DNA of 60,490 nt, the filler included, from Dugesia japonica (taxonomy: Eukaryota), in assembly GCA_001938525.1 (NCBI GenBank). It is 6 parts of 6 records of this genome, joined end to end, with 100 filler letters (N's around TTAATTAATTAA, not from the genome) between each part and the next. Parts side by side here need not be neighbours in the genome. Positions count along the whole stretch, not along the records: positions 8,969 to 18,313 come from MQRL01647625.1; positions 18,414 to 27,617 come from MQRL01611635.1; positions 27,718 to 36,455 come from MQRL01193815.1; 3 more parts are not named here. One strand, given 5' to 3'. Below are positions 13,850-29,685 of the stretch, in pieces (position 1 is the stretch's first letter; each line of letters starts with the position of its first letter). Position numbers and translations under genes: made by a program. Under the pieces are notes generated by a model that was given only the letters and a program-made list of their open reading frames with translations, did no database searches and was not told where the DNA came from.

Positions 13850-14122
13850 CGGGAATTTGACTGTTGTTTTTGAAGAAGGCAAAGAATCAGCAAGCATTAC
13901 TGAAATTAATGAAAGTTCAGCGAAATCAATTATTATCAAATTTTAAAAGGATAATAATGTTTTGATCGAAAAAAAACGTGGTTGTTCAAGAAAAATGAAA
14001 ATCAGTGAAAGAATATTATATAAAATTGAACAAATAATTGCAGAAAATCCAGCAACATTGAAAATGATTTGAAAAAGTTTAAAAACGGAACAAGTATATT
14101 TATGTTTAGCAACTATTAACTG
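13850..14122 (+). pseudogene. IS630/Tc1-like transposase N-terminal HTH fragment
   Basis: Reads ASITEINESSAKSII, KKRG and KIEQIIAENPATLKMI..LCLATIN. Confidence 0.5.
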
Positions 14123-17068
14123 TTGGGATCATACAAATGCATAAGCACACACAAAGACAATATAAATAAAAGACACATATTCAGTCAAATCCTCAGTCAA
14201 TTATCTGCAAACAGGGCGTGCTCGAATCAGAAATCAACAATGTAATCCAACAATCAAATCGTGATCATTAAGACATTAATTTTGAAACAGTGAAATTCGA
14301 CAATCAACTTGTGAACATTTAGACATTAAATAATATTTGATTTTGAGCGTCTTTGGAGTTTTATGCGGGCAGATTGTATTATTATTGTTATTTATTTTAA
14401 GTACAATTGTAATCTGTAGATAATAATTATGTTCTATTTTAATGGCTATGATATTCGAAAATTATTTATTTTAAATTTAATTCAATGTTCTATTATAATT
14501 TTGTTAGAATGTTTACGATATTCGACCATTATTTATCTTAAATTTGATTCAATTCTGTAAATAATAAATCGGTTTTATTTTAACTTTATTAGAATATCTG
14601 TGCAATCCTACAAATTTTTATTAAATAATTATTAAATTTTATAAATATTTATTTGATTTTCACAAAGGACTGCAAAGGATGTTGAATATACATATGTATT
14701 GGTGTATGTAAAATCAGTATAAATACTGATTCATTGCTTTAGATTTTTGACTACTTTAAATTATTAGTAACTCCGAGCTCTAAGTGAGACAGTATCCTAT
14801 TTAATTTAATATTTGCTTATAAGGTTATTAGTGTTTAAGAATATTCATATACATCAAAAATAAAGTTTTTTAACAAGTGTTTATTTGATTATTTATATAA
14901 GGAAGGATTACATCATATAACCATATTTATACGTTTCAGTAGAATATCAAACATAATACAGTATTGACATAAAAACGCAAATTAAATTCAAACACCCTAA
15001 AATCATTTGCTCATATTTAGTCGACGATAGTTTTAATTACGAACCATAAAATCACTTTGTTGAGTAGAAATACCCAACATAGCAATGCATTAAAAATTGA
15101 AAATAACTTTAAAATGTGCATCAACGGAAGAATATTTATAATTATAATAAAAACAATTAAATGTAAAAAGTTGTTATTGGTATAAAACCCTGTATTCAGA
15201 TTGTGTGATGATACGATATTAATTGTTGTCAAATGAGAAAGTTTCAGCAAAATATATCATGTTATATAGTCAATATCTGCTGGTGTTATTCAGTGATGTG
15301 ATTCAAGAGAAGCATGAATCATTCAACTAATGGCAAAAAAGAAAAAGGATTACATAATTTTGACTTCAGATCATTATTTTCCCACGATAAATTGAAACAG
15401 TTCTTAATGTTAAAATGGATTTCCTTATGCCTTTTGACTTTTATATAAAATAAAATTAATTAGGTGTGACTTTGGTAAAACTACAAGCAAATATATGAGA
15501 ATAAGATTTATAGATTTGAGCATGTTATAAATCAGTTGTCATTTCTATTAACTCTCTCATGGATAAATTAATGGAATGATAAAAACTTTGGTATGGAAAT
15601 GAAACTCAAGTCCAACAGTAACTCTCTTGGTCACAAGATGGCAGCAGTGTGTGAAGTACGTCCATTTGAACATCTTAGGATTTGAATGATAAATTTCAAA
15701 TAACTGCTGATAGGTACTGTCCATTGTAGTAGATTAATAACAATGAACATGATTTAAATATGAATAAATTGAATTATGATATATATTTATGATATTAAAT
15801 GCGATTTCTAATTTTAAAAAAACGAGAAAAAATTTTTTGGCTAAAAAATGTACTTTAAATTTTAATAAAACCATAAACCTAAATGAACATCCCACCTGCT
15901 TAAGTAAATAGCAATATAAACATTGATGACAAGCAAAATTTATTTTTTGTTGTATAATAATGTTGGGATAATCCAACATTAACGAATACAAACGTGCGGG
16001 ACAGAAAGTAAAAAAAATTGAAAAATATTTTAAAAGAAAATAATGTAAAATCATACTTCATTCACTAAGAATTTATACAAACAGAAATACAGATTGAGAA
16101 TGAATCAATACAATGATCCATGATCAGCATGATTCAGTGTGAGATGAAATTTTTCCTATATTCATAATCTGATTCTGAATCCCGTGATATTAATATTTTG
16201 ATTTTAATTTGCGAATAGTTTTTATCCACGTTTTCACCCTATCCCAAATTGTGACATTAATATTTTGATATTTTACGATATGTACTTCTATTATTTATAT
16301 TTTGATACGATGTTTTGATGTTTTTTACCTGTTGTGAATTTTCTATTTTGATTTTGCCTTACCATAGTCTAATATAGAGTAATTTCGGTGATCAAATATA
16401 AATCAAAGCGTGGATCCCATTAATATACGAAGACCTAATGAAGAAGAGTCAGTGAGGGCTTGAAAGAATTTTATTCCAAAATGGTGCTGGGAAATCTACT
16501 CCTAAATAAATAGATTGTAGATTGTTACTGAGATAGTTTTAAGACAAATAAATTATTATGAAGATCTCTGATTTAATGAACAGATCTTCGTTAATGTCAT
16601 AATCAATTATAATATCTAAGAAAAATCAGAATTGAAAGACATGTTTTGTTACCACCATAATATTTTTCATAAATAAAATAAATTATAATGTCACATTTGT
16701 GACAATGGATCTCAAATGACATCAATATAAGATTTTAATAAACTAATTTACTATTCTGATTTATGCTAATGATTTTGTTTTTGCTGTTTATTCTTTTTTT
16801 ATTTTAGACTATCAAATTTATCAACGAAGAAAAAAATTCGAACAATTCTATTNNNNNNNNNNNNNNNNNNNNNNNNNNNNNNNNNNNNNNNNNNNNNNNN
16901 NNNNNNNNNNNNNNNNNNNNNNNNNNNNNNNNNNNNNNNNNNNNNNNNNNNNNNNNNNNNNNNNNNNNNNNTTAATTAATAGAATAATATTTTCCTATAT
17001 AGGCTCTATTATATCTTAATGTTTGCATTATATTTAATTAAAATTAATTTATATTAAGTATACAAGTA

Positions 17069-17601
17069 TTAGGTCATCCGGAAAGTTTGGATTTTTTAAG
17101 CATGATTTATTTTATTAATAAAACTTATAAAAGTAAAATTTGTTTTTCGTGATCAAAATTGCACTTTTTAAGTATTAATGAGTTACTTTTAAAGATTTAT
17201 TGATTGGTGTTTTTTTGAATTAGGAAATTTACCTACCACAGAATCATTTTTGTCATATAATGTTGTTCTAATTTATTGATTGTGCGGCAAGTCGTCCAGG
17301 AGTACGGCTGGGACATTATGGTTCATCCNAAATACTCATCTGATATTGTCCCTTCAGATTACCATTTATTCCGATCATTACAAAATTCCNTAAGTGGAAG
17401 AGAGTTTAATTATTTTGAAGCCATCAAAACGTACCCAGATGACTTTTTCGACCATGGGCCAAAGGATTTTTCAAATTCCAGACAGATGGGGAAGGATGAT
17501 TCAAAAGAATGGATCATATTTTGTTTAATAAGTGTTTAAATTTTTCGTAATTTTCACTTAAAATGTTTGTCAAAATCCACAGGACCTCCCGGATGACCCA
17601 A
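17069..17601 (+). mobile_element. Internally deleted mariner (533 bp)
   Basis: TIRs TTAGGTCATCCGGAAAG and CTCCCGGATGACCCAA with TA flanks. Retains the C-terminal YSSDIVPSDYHLFRSLQN (YSPDLAPSD motif). Confidence 0.88.
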
Positions 17602-18521
17602 TATATTAAAGGTATAATATAATAAATATAGAAGTGATAAAATAAAATATTTTATTTGTAGAATATATATCGAATGTTATAAAGATAAAAATACAAAATA
17701 TCTATAGAAATATAAAGTATGATAGAAATCATTAATCAATAATTTAGAAAATTATCAATTAGTAGGTTTTATTATTTATTAAAATTTTGTATAAATCAAA
17801 GTATTATTTATATGATTATTCCTGTATAAAGTTATTAAAGCAAATAATTATTAGAAGAGAGAATATTCGTCTAAATTTGGTATTATTATTGTGTATTAGA
17901 TAATATTATTTATTAATTATATTTATTTTTGTATTATTTAATATTATTTATATTTGATTATCCGGAAATTACGACTATAAAAGTATTATTTTTGCAATAA
18001 ATATTATTGTTGCTTATATTAAAACTTATCGCACATAAAATTTTAAGTTTGAGAAAAGCATTCAACCAGTTCAGTTTGAATTATAAATTTTAAAACCGCT
18101 CCAGTGGTACAATGATAGTGCTACTGGATAAAACATTGTTAACCTGCCTATTGTTTTTTTTGTTATCGGTACAATAATCAGATGACAGTAGTTTTCTACT
18201 ACCAGTAAAATTTTTGAAAGTTTGGGAATATTTATGAAAAATAGAAATTCAACAACATATTTATAAAGAACTTGGCAAACCGGATAAAATTTAATATTTT
18301 AACAGAGACAGATNNNNNNNNNNNNNNNNNNNNNNNNNNNNNNNNNNNNNNNNNNNNTTAATTAATTAANNNNNNNNNNNNNNNNNNNNNNNNNNNNNNN
18401 NNNNNNNNNNNNNAGGTTATAATTTTGTATTTTTCTGAATAAAAGTTTGTTTAAATATTTATTATTTTCTAATAAATAAAACAATATAAATTTTTATTTT
18501 ATATTTATGTAATTGATATTG

Positions 18522-19353
<832 letters not shown>

Positions 19354-20639
19354 TATCGAATGCTATATTTCTCGATATCAAAACTAATTAGTGATGAATA
19401 ATTACAGATTATCATAATGAATATTTGACTGTGTTAATATTGTGAATATAATTTTATTTTAATTTAATTTATTTAAATAAATTTCTTAACTAGCCACTTT
19501 TGAAATGAATATTGATTAATATAAATATTTTTTATGAATTGTACAAGGAATTTTAAATACAGAGAACCGTCAAAATGACCTACTCTCTATGCGAATCACT
19601 TTTTCAACTGCCCTTGAAATATTGTCTATTAATAGTGATATCTCTATGTGGACAGAAAGTACAAAAATCCCAGTAAAGAAATGAAGTTATCTCAAAAAAC
19701 AATATATTTGAACAAGGCAATAATTCAATCGAAATATAAGAAGTAATAAAGAACCAATATGAATATGCAAAATTTTGTTGCAATATGTTCCTCTTAAGAA
19801 AATTAACAAAAACGAATATTTAAAATATAAGAAAATTATTAATTTAATTTAATCAAAAAATGTTAAAAATCATTTATAAAATAGCCAGCATATTAAATAA
19901 TGAAGTCTCAATTTTTCTAAACTTTATTTGGTATATCTATTTAGTTCCAACAGCCAAATGTAAGGTAGGCGAAATTACGGAAGAATTAAGGATGACATTC
20001 TGATATTTACGAACAGTAAAGTTCAACATTATGAAGTAATTAACATTGACGAAAATAATGCTGTGTTGAGATGACCTACCCCGTGGTCCAGTATCCCGTC
20101 TTTGTATAAAGTCTAATGAATGTGGTTTGTTGATCAGATTTATTTTACTGCTCTCCATATTTTGATAGCAACAGCTATACATTTATTATTTTCAAACACA
20201 AGTCATGGCGAATCATAAATCGTTTCTTCCGTAATTACACAGTCTGACTCGGTGATCTTTCTCCCGCCGTAATCCTTCCATAATTCCTTGACATTAGCCA
20301 GTACTGAGGCTTCTATCTCTGTGTACGACTATACGATCTCGGTGAGCATTCGATTATTACAGATTAGAGAGTATTCTAGTTGGCGAATAACACTCAATCT
20401 CTCTCTGAGCACAAATGTTTTCTTATTTGCTATTTGGTTCTCATCCTGGATCTTTTTATTTTCCTTTCACAATCTCTTCAGTTTCATACGTGTGTTCTGT
20501 TATTCTACGAGTAGGTCTTCCCGCGTCGGTTTCGAGATTCTGGCGGACATTCTGTGGATTAGATAATCATTAGTTCATAATTCTTATGATATATTTCACA
20601 GTTATGAAAAGAAATCAATTTATCCAGTTTTAACATTAC

Positions 20640-22060
20640 TTACGACGGATAAAGAAGGAAGAGAAAGGGTTGTTACGTATGGATTACACTCAACTACGGG
20701 TCATAAAAAGGATAGTGCATGATACGAAAAGAGTTATTGGCTGTTTATTATTTCTGCATGCATTTCAAACATTACTTGTACGATAGAGGATTTACTCTTA
20801 GGTTAGATCATTAAGCTGTACCTTTTTTAAAGACGACAAAGATACCAATTACATCACAATTTCATTCATGAATTAATTATCTCAATAGTCAAAATATGGT
20901 ATTAGAATTTAGAAAAGAAATTTAATATGGTAATTCAGATATGTTATATAGACAAAGGTGTGAGTTATATGTACAATGTCAATTGTCACATGAAAAGGCC
21001 AAGACAGGGAAAATTTTAACAAGAGTATTGAACACAATTGAAAGGGGAAAAGAAGTGCAATTAACCATTTCTGAAGAAAAATGATATTCTGAAATTACCA
21101 TATCATACAGGAGTTGAAAAGGTTTGCAAATATAATAGAGAAAACACATTTAGAAGAATTTGTGGAGCCAAATACAGGAAATAGTTTGTGGTTCTGAAAT
21201 TTCTCAGAAGACCAAAGTAGTGACATCGGCAACTAAAAAGAAGACAAAAGATTGGAGCCTACCAATTTGTTTGTAATCATATTCCCAGATATATGTGGGC
21301 CAAGGGGGGAAACAAGAGGACAGAGAAAAAACATTTTTGAAATAATCAACCAGTTCAGTAAATATCGGGTTCTTATACACAAGTTGAGAAAACTATAGGA
21401 AAAGAGAAATGGATATTGAGATTTGAAGGCCCAAGAGAGATAAGATTAGGGTGTGAAAAACCTTTTAATCAAGAGTTATGAAGTAGTTTGCACAGAAACT
21501 AGATATTAGGATTCGTGTTTAGAGTTCCTATCATCACAATTAAAACGGAGAAATTGAAAGACGGTTCAGGACAATTTGAGATTTAATTCATGTCAAACTT
21601 CAGAAAAGAAGGTCAACAAATATAGTAGACATGTAAACCAGAAATAAAATTTTTGGTGAACCAGCAAAACAGAATATGAATGGAAAGATCCCAACTAAAA
21701 TCATATTTAGAAAGAAAATTAGCATATAAAAGAATCGAAATAAAGAATCGAAAGTAGAATTATATGCCTTCATCAAGGTAGAAACAAGAAATAAAAGTAA
21801 AGATATATATGACAGTTCTTTTCGTAATGTGGAAAGAATTAGAAAGGTTTTAAGTTGGGGTATATCAGGAACTAATTATGAAGAATAGAAAGAATAGAAA
21901 TGGATTAAAATAATTACTAGTTCTATTTGCTATAATTTTATTTTTAAATTGGTCTTCTTTGTTAATAGTGAATATAATTGTGTGAAAGTAATAGTTCTTA
22001 TTTGGAAAATAAATTATTTTACCTAAAATTTACCTAATATACACAAAGACTTATTTTCAA
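20640..22060 (+). pseudogene. Older, 5'-truncated relative (RH-IN-3'LTR) of the Gypsy family at 3486-7885
   Basis: Colinear DNA similarity to 6370-7800, for example GAGTTATTGGCT.TTTATTATTTCTG.ATGCATTT.AAACATTACTTGTA and AGAAGACCAAAGTAGTGACA. Confidence 0.85.
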
Positions 22061-22132
22061 ATATTTATATTACTGATTAAAGTTTTACTGTTGTCCGGGG
22101 AACACCCGGAGATACTAACATTATTATTAACA

Positions 22133-22352
22133 CAATGCAGTCCCGTTTAACTGCGCCTCGTTAATCCACGGTTCTACTTAAACCGCGGTTATGCCTTGGC
22201 TCCCGAATTTACACATACATAACAATTATCAGCATAGTAACAATATATAAACAATCTATCATCGATAAAATAACAAAAATAACTCGCGCTTCACTTAACC
22301 CCATGGGGCAGATCATGGACCCCAGTGACCGCGGGTTAACGGGATTGCACTG
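22133..22352. mobile_element. pogo/Tigger-like MITE (220 bp)
   Basis: TIRs CAATGCAGTCCCGTTTAACTGCG and CGCGGGTTAACGGGATTGCACTG, followed by TA at the right end. Confidence 0.75.
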
Positions 22353-23080
22353 TATCACGTTTGGTTGAGAGATATTTGTCAATTATTTAGGATTTAAATC
22401 TGACTTTGAGATGTCCAGTCCTAATTGGTAATATTTTTGAATAATTGTTGCTTTGTGATTTGGATATGAGCTACGAGAGAATAATTCAAAACGTGGAACG
22501 AGTCAGAACAGTTACTTAAAAAAACTTTTTGACCACAAAAAAAATTCAGGAAGCAATAAAAAAATGTAAACAACAAGAAGAAACCCCAGTACTATATGCC
22601 ATCAGATTCAGACAACTCTTCCCGACAATATTATGGTGCCCGGATAAAGATAACTCATGTAGCAATTTTTATATTGAAAGAATTTGGGATAAACGGTTAC
22701 AGCTAATAATAAAAAAATGACATGCTCAAACGTTAGAAGAGTCTATGAAAATACTTCGAGACTGGAATCAACACTTCAATCACTAGATTCACAATTTAAT
22801 TAATTAAAAATTAATTTTCTTAACCGCTGCTTTTACCTTAAGGGAAGCCTTCGTTGTCTTCTTGTAAATTAATTTCTTTTTATAATAAATCATTCTAATT
22901 TGCATGATTTATTTTATTTAATAAATATATTTTTTATTTTTTTCTCAATTAATTTATTAATTAAGCTACCATTTTTCGTCTCTAAATTAAAATTTAATTT
23001 AATTTAGTCATTTCTTTTTACAAATAATTCATTTTTTTATTTCTTCCATCGGTAATTATTAATTTCATTCAATTTCTTCA

Positions 23081-25096
23081 TTAAAACTGAAATAATTTAT
23101 TAAAAAAGATTAATATACAAGAAAAACTACGAATTTCTGCAAGAATTATTTCCAATGATTCAAAATCAGCTGCAGCATCTTTTAAATTCATAGTTGGATC
23201 CTGAAGTTGGTTCTGAATACGGTCTATTTTACCTAGAATGGTGTGCCTGAAGTACAATAGAGCGAGGAAATTAAAGTTTAGAACATTTGCCAACAAATTT
23301 TCTGCATCGCATCTTGTTTCGTGTGTTGCATTTACATAATCTGATAGTTTTTCTAGTAAACCAACCAATTCACCAAGCCCTTCATAAATGACATTAACAG
23401 CTCCTACTCTAGCACTCCAGCGTGTTTCAGATTCACGTTTAACCATGATAGGTACAGCAATTTTTTAGTTGTTCCCGTCGAACTGTTGAACGAGAGAAAA
23501 ACAGATAAATGCTTTCAATTGTGCCAAAGAACGCTACAACCAGTATATCCTGTTTGGCTGAGTGAACTCCAGCCAAGTGCAAACTGTGATTGTCACAATT
23601 AACAAACAGGGCTAAGTGGTTTCTAGCACAAATCGTCTGTTGAAGATCAGATATATGTCCAGTCATCAGGGCCGCATTGTTATAACATTGTGACCTACAA
23701 TCATCTAACCATATGTTGTCAGATCGCAAATTTCTCAATTAAGACTGTTTCAAGAGTGGCTGCATCTTTAGCATGTATCTCGATGAATCCAAGAAAGATT
23801 CTTTTATATTAATTGTTTTCTTTTCAAAATCAATATCTACAAATCGGATGACTTCAGACAATTGTTCCCGGTATCCGAGATAAGGATATGAATCTAGCAA
23901 TATTCCATAATATTTATTTCGTTTTATGTCTTTCAGTATCTTATTTCTTACATTACATGCCAACAAGCCGATAAATTTATTTTGGATTTCTGGCGATAAG
24001 TACGACACTGATCCTGGACTTTCTCTGGCAAGTTTTAGATGACTTTCCAAAAGTGGGTCATATTCTGCAATGAGCTTGAGTAGAGAGAGGAAGTTTCCGA
24101 CATTCGTTCCAGCTTCAGCTATTAAACTTTCGTTCTTTCCACGCAATGACAAGTTTTGAGAAGCGAGGAATTTAATGCAAGCAAGTATATTTTTCTCGCC
24201 ATCATTGTTTCTCTGTTTAAATTTGTGCTTAAATAGCAGCATTTATAGTTTTCCCAGCAATTATCCTTCGCTCATTTTCTTTCCATGTAGTAAAAGATTT
24301 GCGATGACTAGGGCTCTTATCAACTTTTTGGGTTTTTTCCACTTGCTAAATCGAGATGCCAATTCAAATGAAGACCGAGAAGTGAACAACAAACAGCAAA
24401 AACAATAAGCCGCTTTATTGGATGGCAAATAAAGTAACCACGATCTATTCAATTCTTCTCCGGTTACAAGTAGTCGTATAAACCATGCTTTGTTTCTTGA
24501 ACGTCCACGCGGTACTGAAAATTGAAAGTCTTCATTTTTAAACAGAATTGATCCATGAGATTTAAGTTAAATGCGAAGGGATTGCGATACGACCGAAAGT
24601 TGCGTCTCACGATCAAATTCTAGGTATGCAACATCATGGAACAACAATACCACTGGAATAACGTCTTGAGTAGCAACTAAGGTTTTATCATCGGATGAAT
24701 CTTTGATATTCTGAATTTCATCTATATAGTCAATTGGTTTGATAGCTCTGTCATTTGCCTTGGTAGCTACTGAGTTTTCGTCATCAGATGTATGATGCAC
24801 CTCGAAAGAATAATCGTTTTCTTGACTCTGACTCTCATGTTCAATTTGTTTAGCAGTATCGTCATCTATATCAATAGCAACCAACTAATTTGTGTTAAAT
24901 TCCTCGTGCAAAGAACTATCCCCTTGAGGTTGTTCAACAGTCTTGTTAGTAGCAGGGACATCGTCTTCTGACTCAGATTCGCCTGACTAAGCTTTTTAAA
25001 AATGTTTTTGAATAATTTACTGGATTTCTTTTCTGCTTGCTCAGCATTTTTCTTCCCCTTACGGCTTTGCGCCCCGCTCAGTTTTCTACCAGACAT
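23081..25096 (-). pseudogene. hAT transposase of the Tip100/ZMYM1-like type, frameshifted and 3'-truncated
   Basis: RSWLLY..AYCFCCLLF (TTF zinc finger), FLASQNLSLRG, GNFLSLL, YLSPEIQN, EQLSEVIRFV, CDNHSL, ETRWSAR. Confidence 0.9.
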
Positions 25097-25389
25097 GACT
25101 AATATGACTATTATTATTATATAAAAATTATTAAGTACTATTTTTTTTATCGGAAAATCAATACTATAATTAATTTTGAAAATTGTCAAACTCATCCAAT
25201 TATTAGGATAAAATAATTAATTAAATAAACTGTAAAGAAATTATAGCAACGAATTAAAGAAAAAGGGATCAAATCAAGATATCGGATATATAAAAAATAA
25301 AAGAGGCCTATGAAATAAAGAGAAAGTTTAATAATTAAGAAAATAATATTTTTTATCGTAATGCTCAAGGAATAAAAAGAAAATTAAAT

Positions 25390-26080
25390 AGTAGGTAGAT
25401 AGTGGCACACGGGCACAATTTGACAATGAGCTAAAATTCGGGCACAATTATTTTTAAGCAGTCATCGAGCCCCCTTCCTTCCTCCCCGGGGCGGGGACTC
25501 GGAAACACATTACGTTTGAGCTGCGTTTTTTTGACCATGATTTTTGTGATCGTTTATTTTTTCTAAGATTTTTGGGATCAAAAATTTTTTGATCGGATCA
25601 AGTTTTTTTTGATCTGATTAGTTTGTTTGATCCTGAAAGTGTGTGTGTATTTTTAAATTTTAAATTTTCTGTGTGTTTGGGTTGTTAAGGTAGTTTTTAA
25701 AAAGTAGGTCAAGTTGTGTTTGTGTGTGTGTGTAAAAGACTGGAAAAAACAAGGAGGAGTAGCTGGAGATCGTGGAGATACTTTTTTTTAGGATTTTGAA
25801 GATTTATTTGTTGTTGGACAAAATTTGGTCTCTATATTGTCTAAAGGACTTATGAGTTTGGATGGATGGTTTTCACTACAAGGGTAGTGGCACACGGGCA
25901 CANNNNNNNNNNNNNNNNNNNNNNNNNNNNNNNNNNNNNNNNNNNNNNNNNNNNNNNNNTGGAATTTGTTGGTTGATGGCTTGTTGGAGAGGTAATGTGA
26001 TGGTTAAGATGTTGGTTGTCGAATGTGCTTTGATTTTTTATTTTAAGGGTTACTATTTGATTGGTTTATTTTGTAAGTAG
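25390..26080 (+). repeat. Putative orphan Maverick-like terminus
   Basis: Starts AGTAGGTAGATA, the same 12-mer as 35224. TAGTGGCACACGGGCACA recurs near 25885. C-rich then T-tract layout resembles the reverse complement of 1-337. Confidence 0.35.
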
Positions 26081-29000
26081 TGTTGGGATAAAACACACCA
26101 CTAATGAGAAGACAAGGCTACCACATATCATAAAAATAATTAAAGAAGGAACATAATCCTAGTTATAGATGGAAAATACACCAAAGATGGTTAAAATAAG
26201 AAGTAGAATAAAACCAGGTTGGAAACCCCTTAGTGGATGAATAGAAACACAAAAAGCCAGTGAAAATAAAACCGGGCAATTAGAACCAGCATCCACCCAT
26301 TTTAATTAATTAGAAGAAATTATAATATATTATATTAAGAGAAAAAGAAAATATCTACTAAAATATTTAATTATGGAAAAAATATTAGTTGATTACGTAT
26401 TAAAATAAATAACAATTAAGTCCAAATCTGTTTTCTTCAAATAACCTTACTCCAGCAAATCACAGAGATTCGAAGAAAGAAAATTTGAATTGGGAATGTT
26501 ATCAGGCAACAAAATTTCTTAGCTAAAAACCTTGGCAACCATCAGGAGGCCCGCCACAATGGTTGAAAGTTTGAACCAATGAGAACCTGGAAAATAAACA
26601 TATAACAAAAGCTCACCTGATAATCCAAAAATAACTGCCAACGTAATCACAGAAAAATCCACAAAATTTCAGAAAAGTGGCATCAACGCCAATGGAAATG
26701 CATTATTTTAAATTAAAAATAACTAGCCAATGCCAAATAAGTCGGGGTGTCTCAGAAAATGGTATAAAACCCCCCCGAATTTTAGAAAAATATACACGAT
26801 AAGCACACCAAATTTGTATTAACATTTGTACGATATATTTGGAGAAGAAAACCATAACGAGAATACTCAATTTTAATACAACAATTGCGACGTGGTAAGA
26901 TCAAAGATACTGTTCAATGAATTAATCATAAATTGTCACAAAACAATCAGGAAAAGCCCACCGCTATTTACATCGTTATAAATGAGATTACCAGATTGAA
27001 TTCTACTGTGGTAAATTGTCATCATTATCATCCCCGGAGATTACTGTTGCAGAAGTCATATTTACTACGATAATTTAAAGTAAATTTTTGTTATTTTATG
27101 TGAAATAAATAATGTAATAACTATTTCTTATTAAATGTTACCATGCAATTCAATTTTCTTTGTAAATAATTCAGAAGTTGTTTTCACCATAAAATATTTC
27201 TTAGGATTTCCCTTCACCCTAATTTTAGTAACACTAATAAACGAGAAAATGTGTCAAGATTAAGTGGTTGAGTGTACAATATAGATCAGTAGCAGAATAA
27301 AATGTGTGTAAACAATTTTCTGCGCAACATCTAACGACACACACTAGTACGATTACCGTGATAATATACTACCTATGAGTTACAAATAGCTAGCAACATT
27401 CATCGCACACTACGTTATGAAATATAGCCGGGTTGCCAGGTAACCATGTCACGCAAATATTCAATTGTTCGATTTTATTGAATTGACAAAGGATTTAATT
27501 GAATAATTTCTAGTTGATAGGCGAAAATATTCGAACATCGTTATTATAAATCTTCACACTCTTAATTAATAAATTTCACAAAATATATTATAAACCAGTC
27601 ATTAATGGATGCATTACNNNNNNNNNNNNNNNNNNNNNNNNNNNNNNNNNNNNNNNNNNNNTTAATTAATTAANNNNNNNNNNNNNNNNNNNNNNNNNNN
27701 NNNNNNNNNNNNNNNNNTTAAACTCAACAAAGTGATTTTATGGTTCGTGTTTTATAACTCTAACAAATAATATACGTTTGTGATTTTACGGGTGTTAATT
27801 TTACCCATGTGTGTAGTAAGGAATCTCCGACTATTAAATCCTTGTAATTGCTGTACACTTTTTGGCACGGGAAAATCTTGAACAGCTTTCACTTTTTCTG
27901 GATTTGATTCTAATCCTTTTGATGACACAATATGTCCGAGAAATAAAATACTTTCCTCTGCCCATTAACATTTTGTGGGTTTTAATTTGATATTTGCTTT
28001 TCTGATTCTGGACAGTACATTTTCTATGTTAATTAAATGTTGTTCAAACGTTTCGGATACTATCAGTATATCATCCATATATACAACTACATGTTCTACA
28101 CCGGTGAGTACTGTGTTCATTAATCTTTGAAACGTAGATGGTGCATTGCATAATCCAAATGGTAATCTGATAAATTCATATAGTCAATCGTCGGTACAAA
28201 ATGCTGTTTTTTCTCTATCTTCCTCCTGCACTTGAATTACATTATAACCCTTATTGGCATCCAGACTTGCAAAATACTGCGCAATCATTAATTTATTAAA
28301 TTACTCGTGTATCTTTGGAAATGGACGTGTATCTTTTTTTACTGGTACTATCGTTGATGCCCACTGAGAAAAACTATCCTGTATAATTCCATTTGCATTT
28401 TGTTTCGCTACTTGTCTTTTTATCTCCGGTCTCAACACATATTGTGCTTCATATGGTCGCTGTTTTATTGGTCTAGCATCACCTATGTCAAATATATTTT
28501 TTATAATATTTGTTCCTCCCATATCAAATTCATGTTTAGCAAATGNATCCTCATATTTATCCAATAATTTCTGTAGCTGTTGTTTTTGACTCATTGTAAG
28601 ATTTTTATTGGTTATTTTTGGTTTTTGTAATACTTTGTTTGTTTTGGTTTCATTAACTCTTTGTCAGCTAGTTTTTAAGTTTTTCCCCGTTGACCCAGTA
28701 TAAGTTCGAGTAGTTCGTGATTATTTAACTGACTTGCTTTTCTTTCTGATTTCCTATTACTTTGATAGTCAGATGAGAGTTGTTTATTTTTCTCTGTAAA
28801 TTTATTTTCTTTGGCTTTTCCTCAGTTACAATTTCATATATTTTATATTCATTACCGTTTTCAAATAATCTACCTAATTTTGTATTTTTCTGGATAAGCA
28901 CATCATAATTATTATAATTTGCTACTCTCATTGGTATTATACCCCACTTTGGTTCTACACATCCAGGCATTATTGATAAATTATGTTTTTTTATTAATTT

Positions 29001-29685
29001 ATCATTTAGTTTAAAAATATATGAATTGTTATTTTGTAATTATGTATTTATAGGTATTATACATTCACTACAGCGTTCTACTGCTATTAATTCTGTTGTA
29101 CAAATTTCATTATACTCAGCTTGTACTGGCAATGGCGTTACCATTTTTAATGTGCTATCTTGTAAATCAATAACATAACCTTTTAACCTTGCAAGAAAAT
29201 CCATGCCCAAAATACAATTCTGTCTTCCTTTTTCGATAACTCTAAATGGATGTGTAACAATCTCATGTCCAATTGTGACCGTACACTCAATTATGCCGTT
29301 TGTTTTTATTATATGACTTGTAAATGATTTTATACCCTCTGGTTTATAATTTTTTATTTTTTGTCTTTGGGATTTACTTAACCATGATTCTTTTATTATT
29401 GAACATACTACTCCTGTATCTATTAATGGAAGTATACTGATTCCATTTATTATGATGTCTGTTGTTGGTCGATTATTGTCTGAAACTATAACTGATATTG
29501 GATATTTTTTTAATATTTGTTTTGTGTTGTATCATCTATTTTTGTTTGCTTTAATTTGATGTTTTCATGTTCATATGCTTTATATTCAATGTCTGATGAT
29601 TTTTATTTTTATCATTAATTAATTTGGTTAATTCTTGTTCATCGGATATATGCCTCTATGTTTCTCTAATTTTTTTATTTTTTCA

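Noticed and set aside
16350-16670. Possible spliced gene on the minus strand (GT-AG intervals of ~27-37 bp)
   Set aside because: I could not assemble an open frame or recognise a protein, and it is not NDUFA12.
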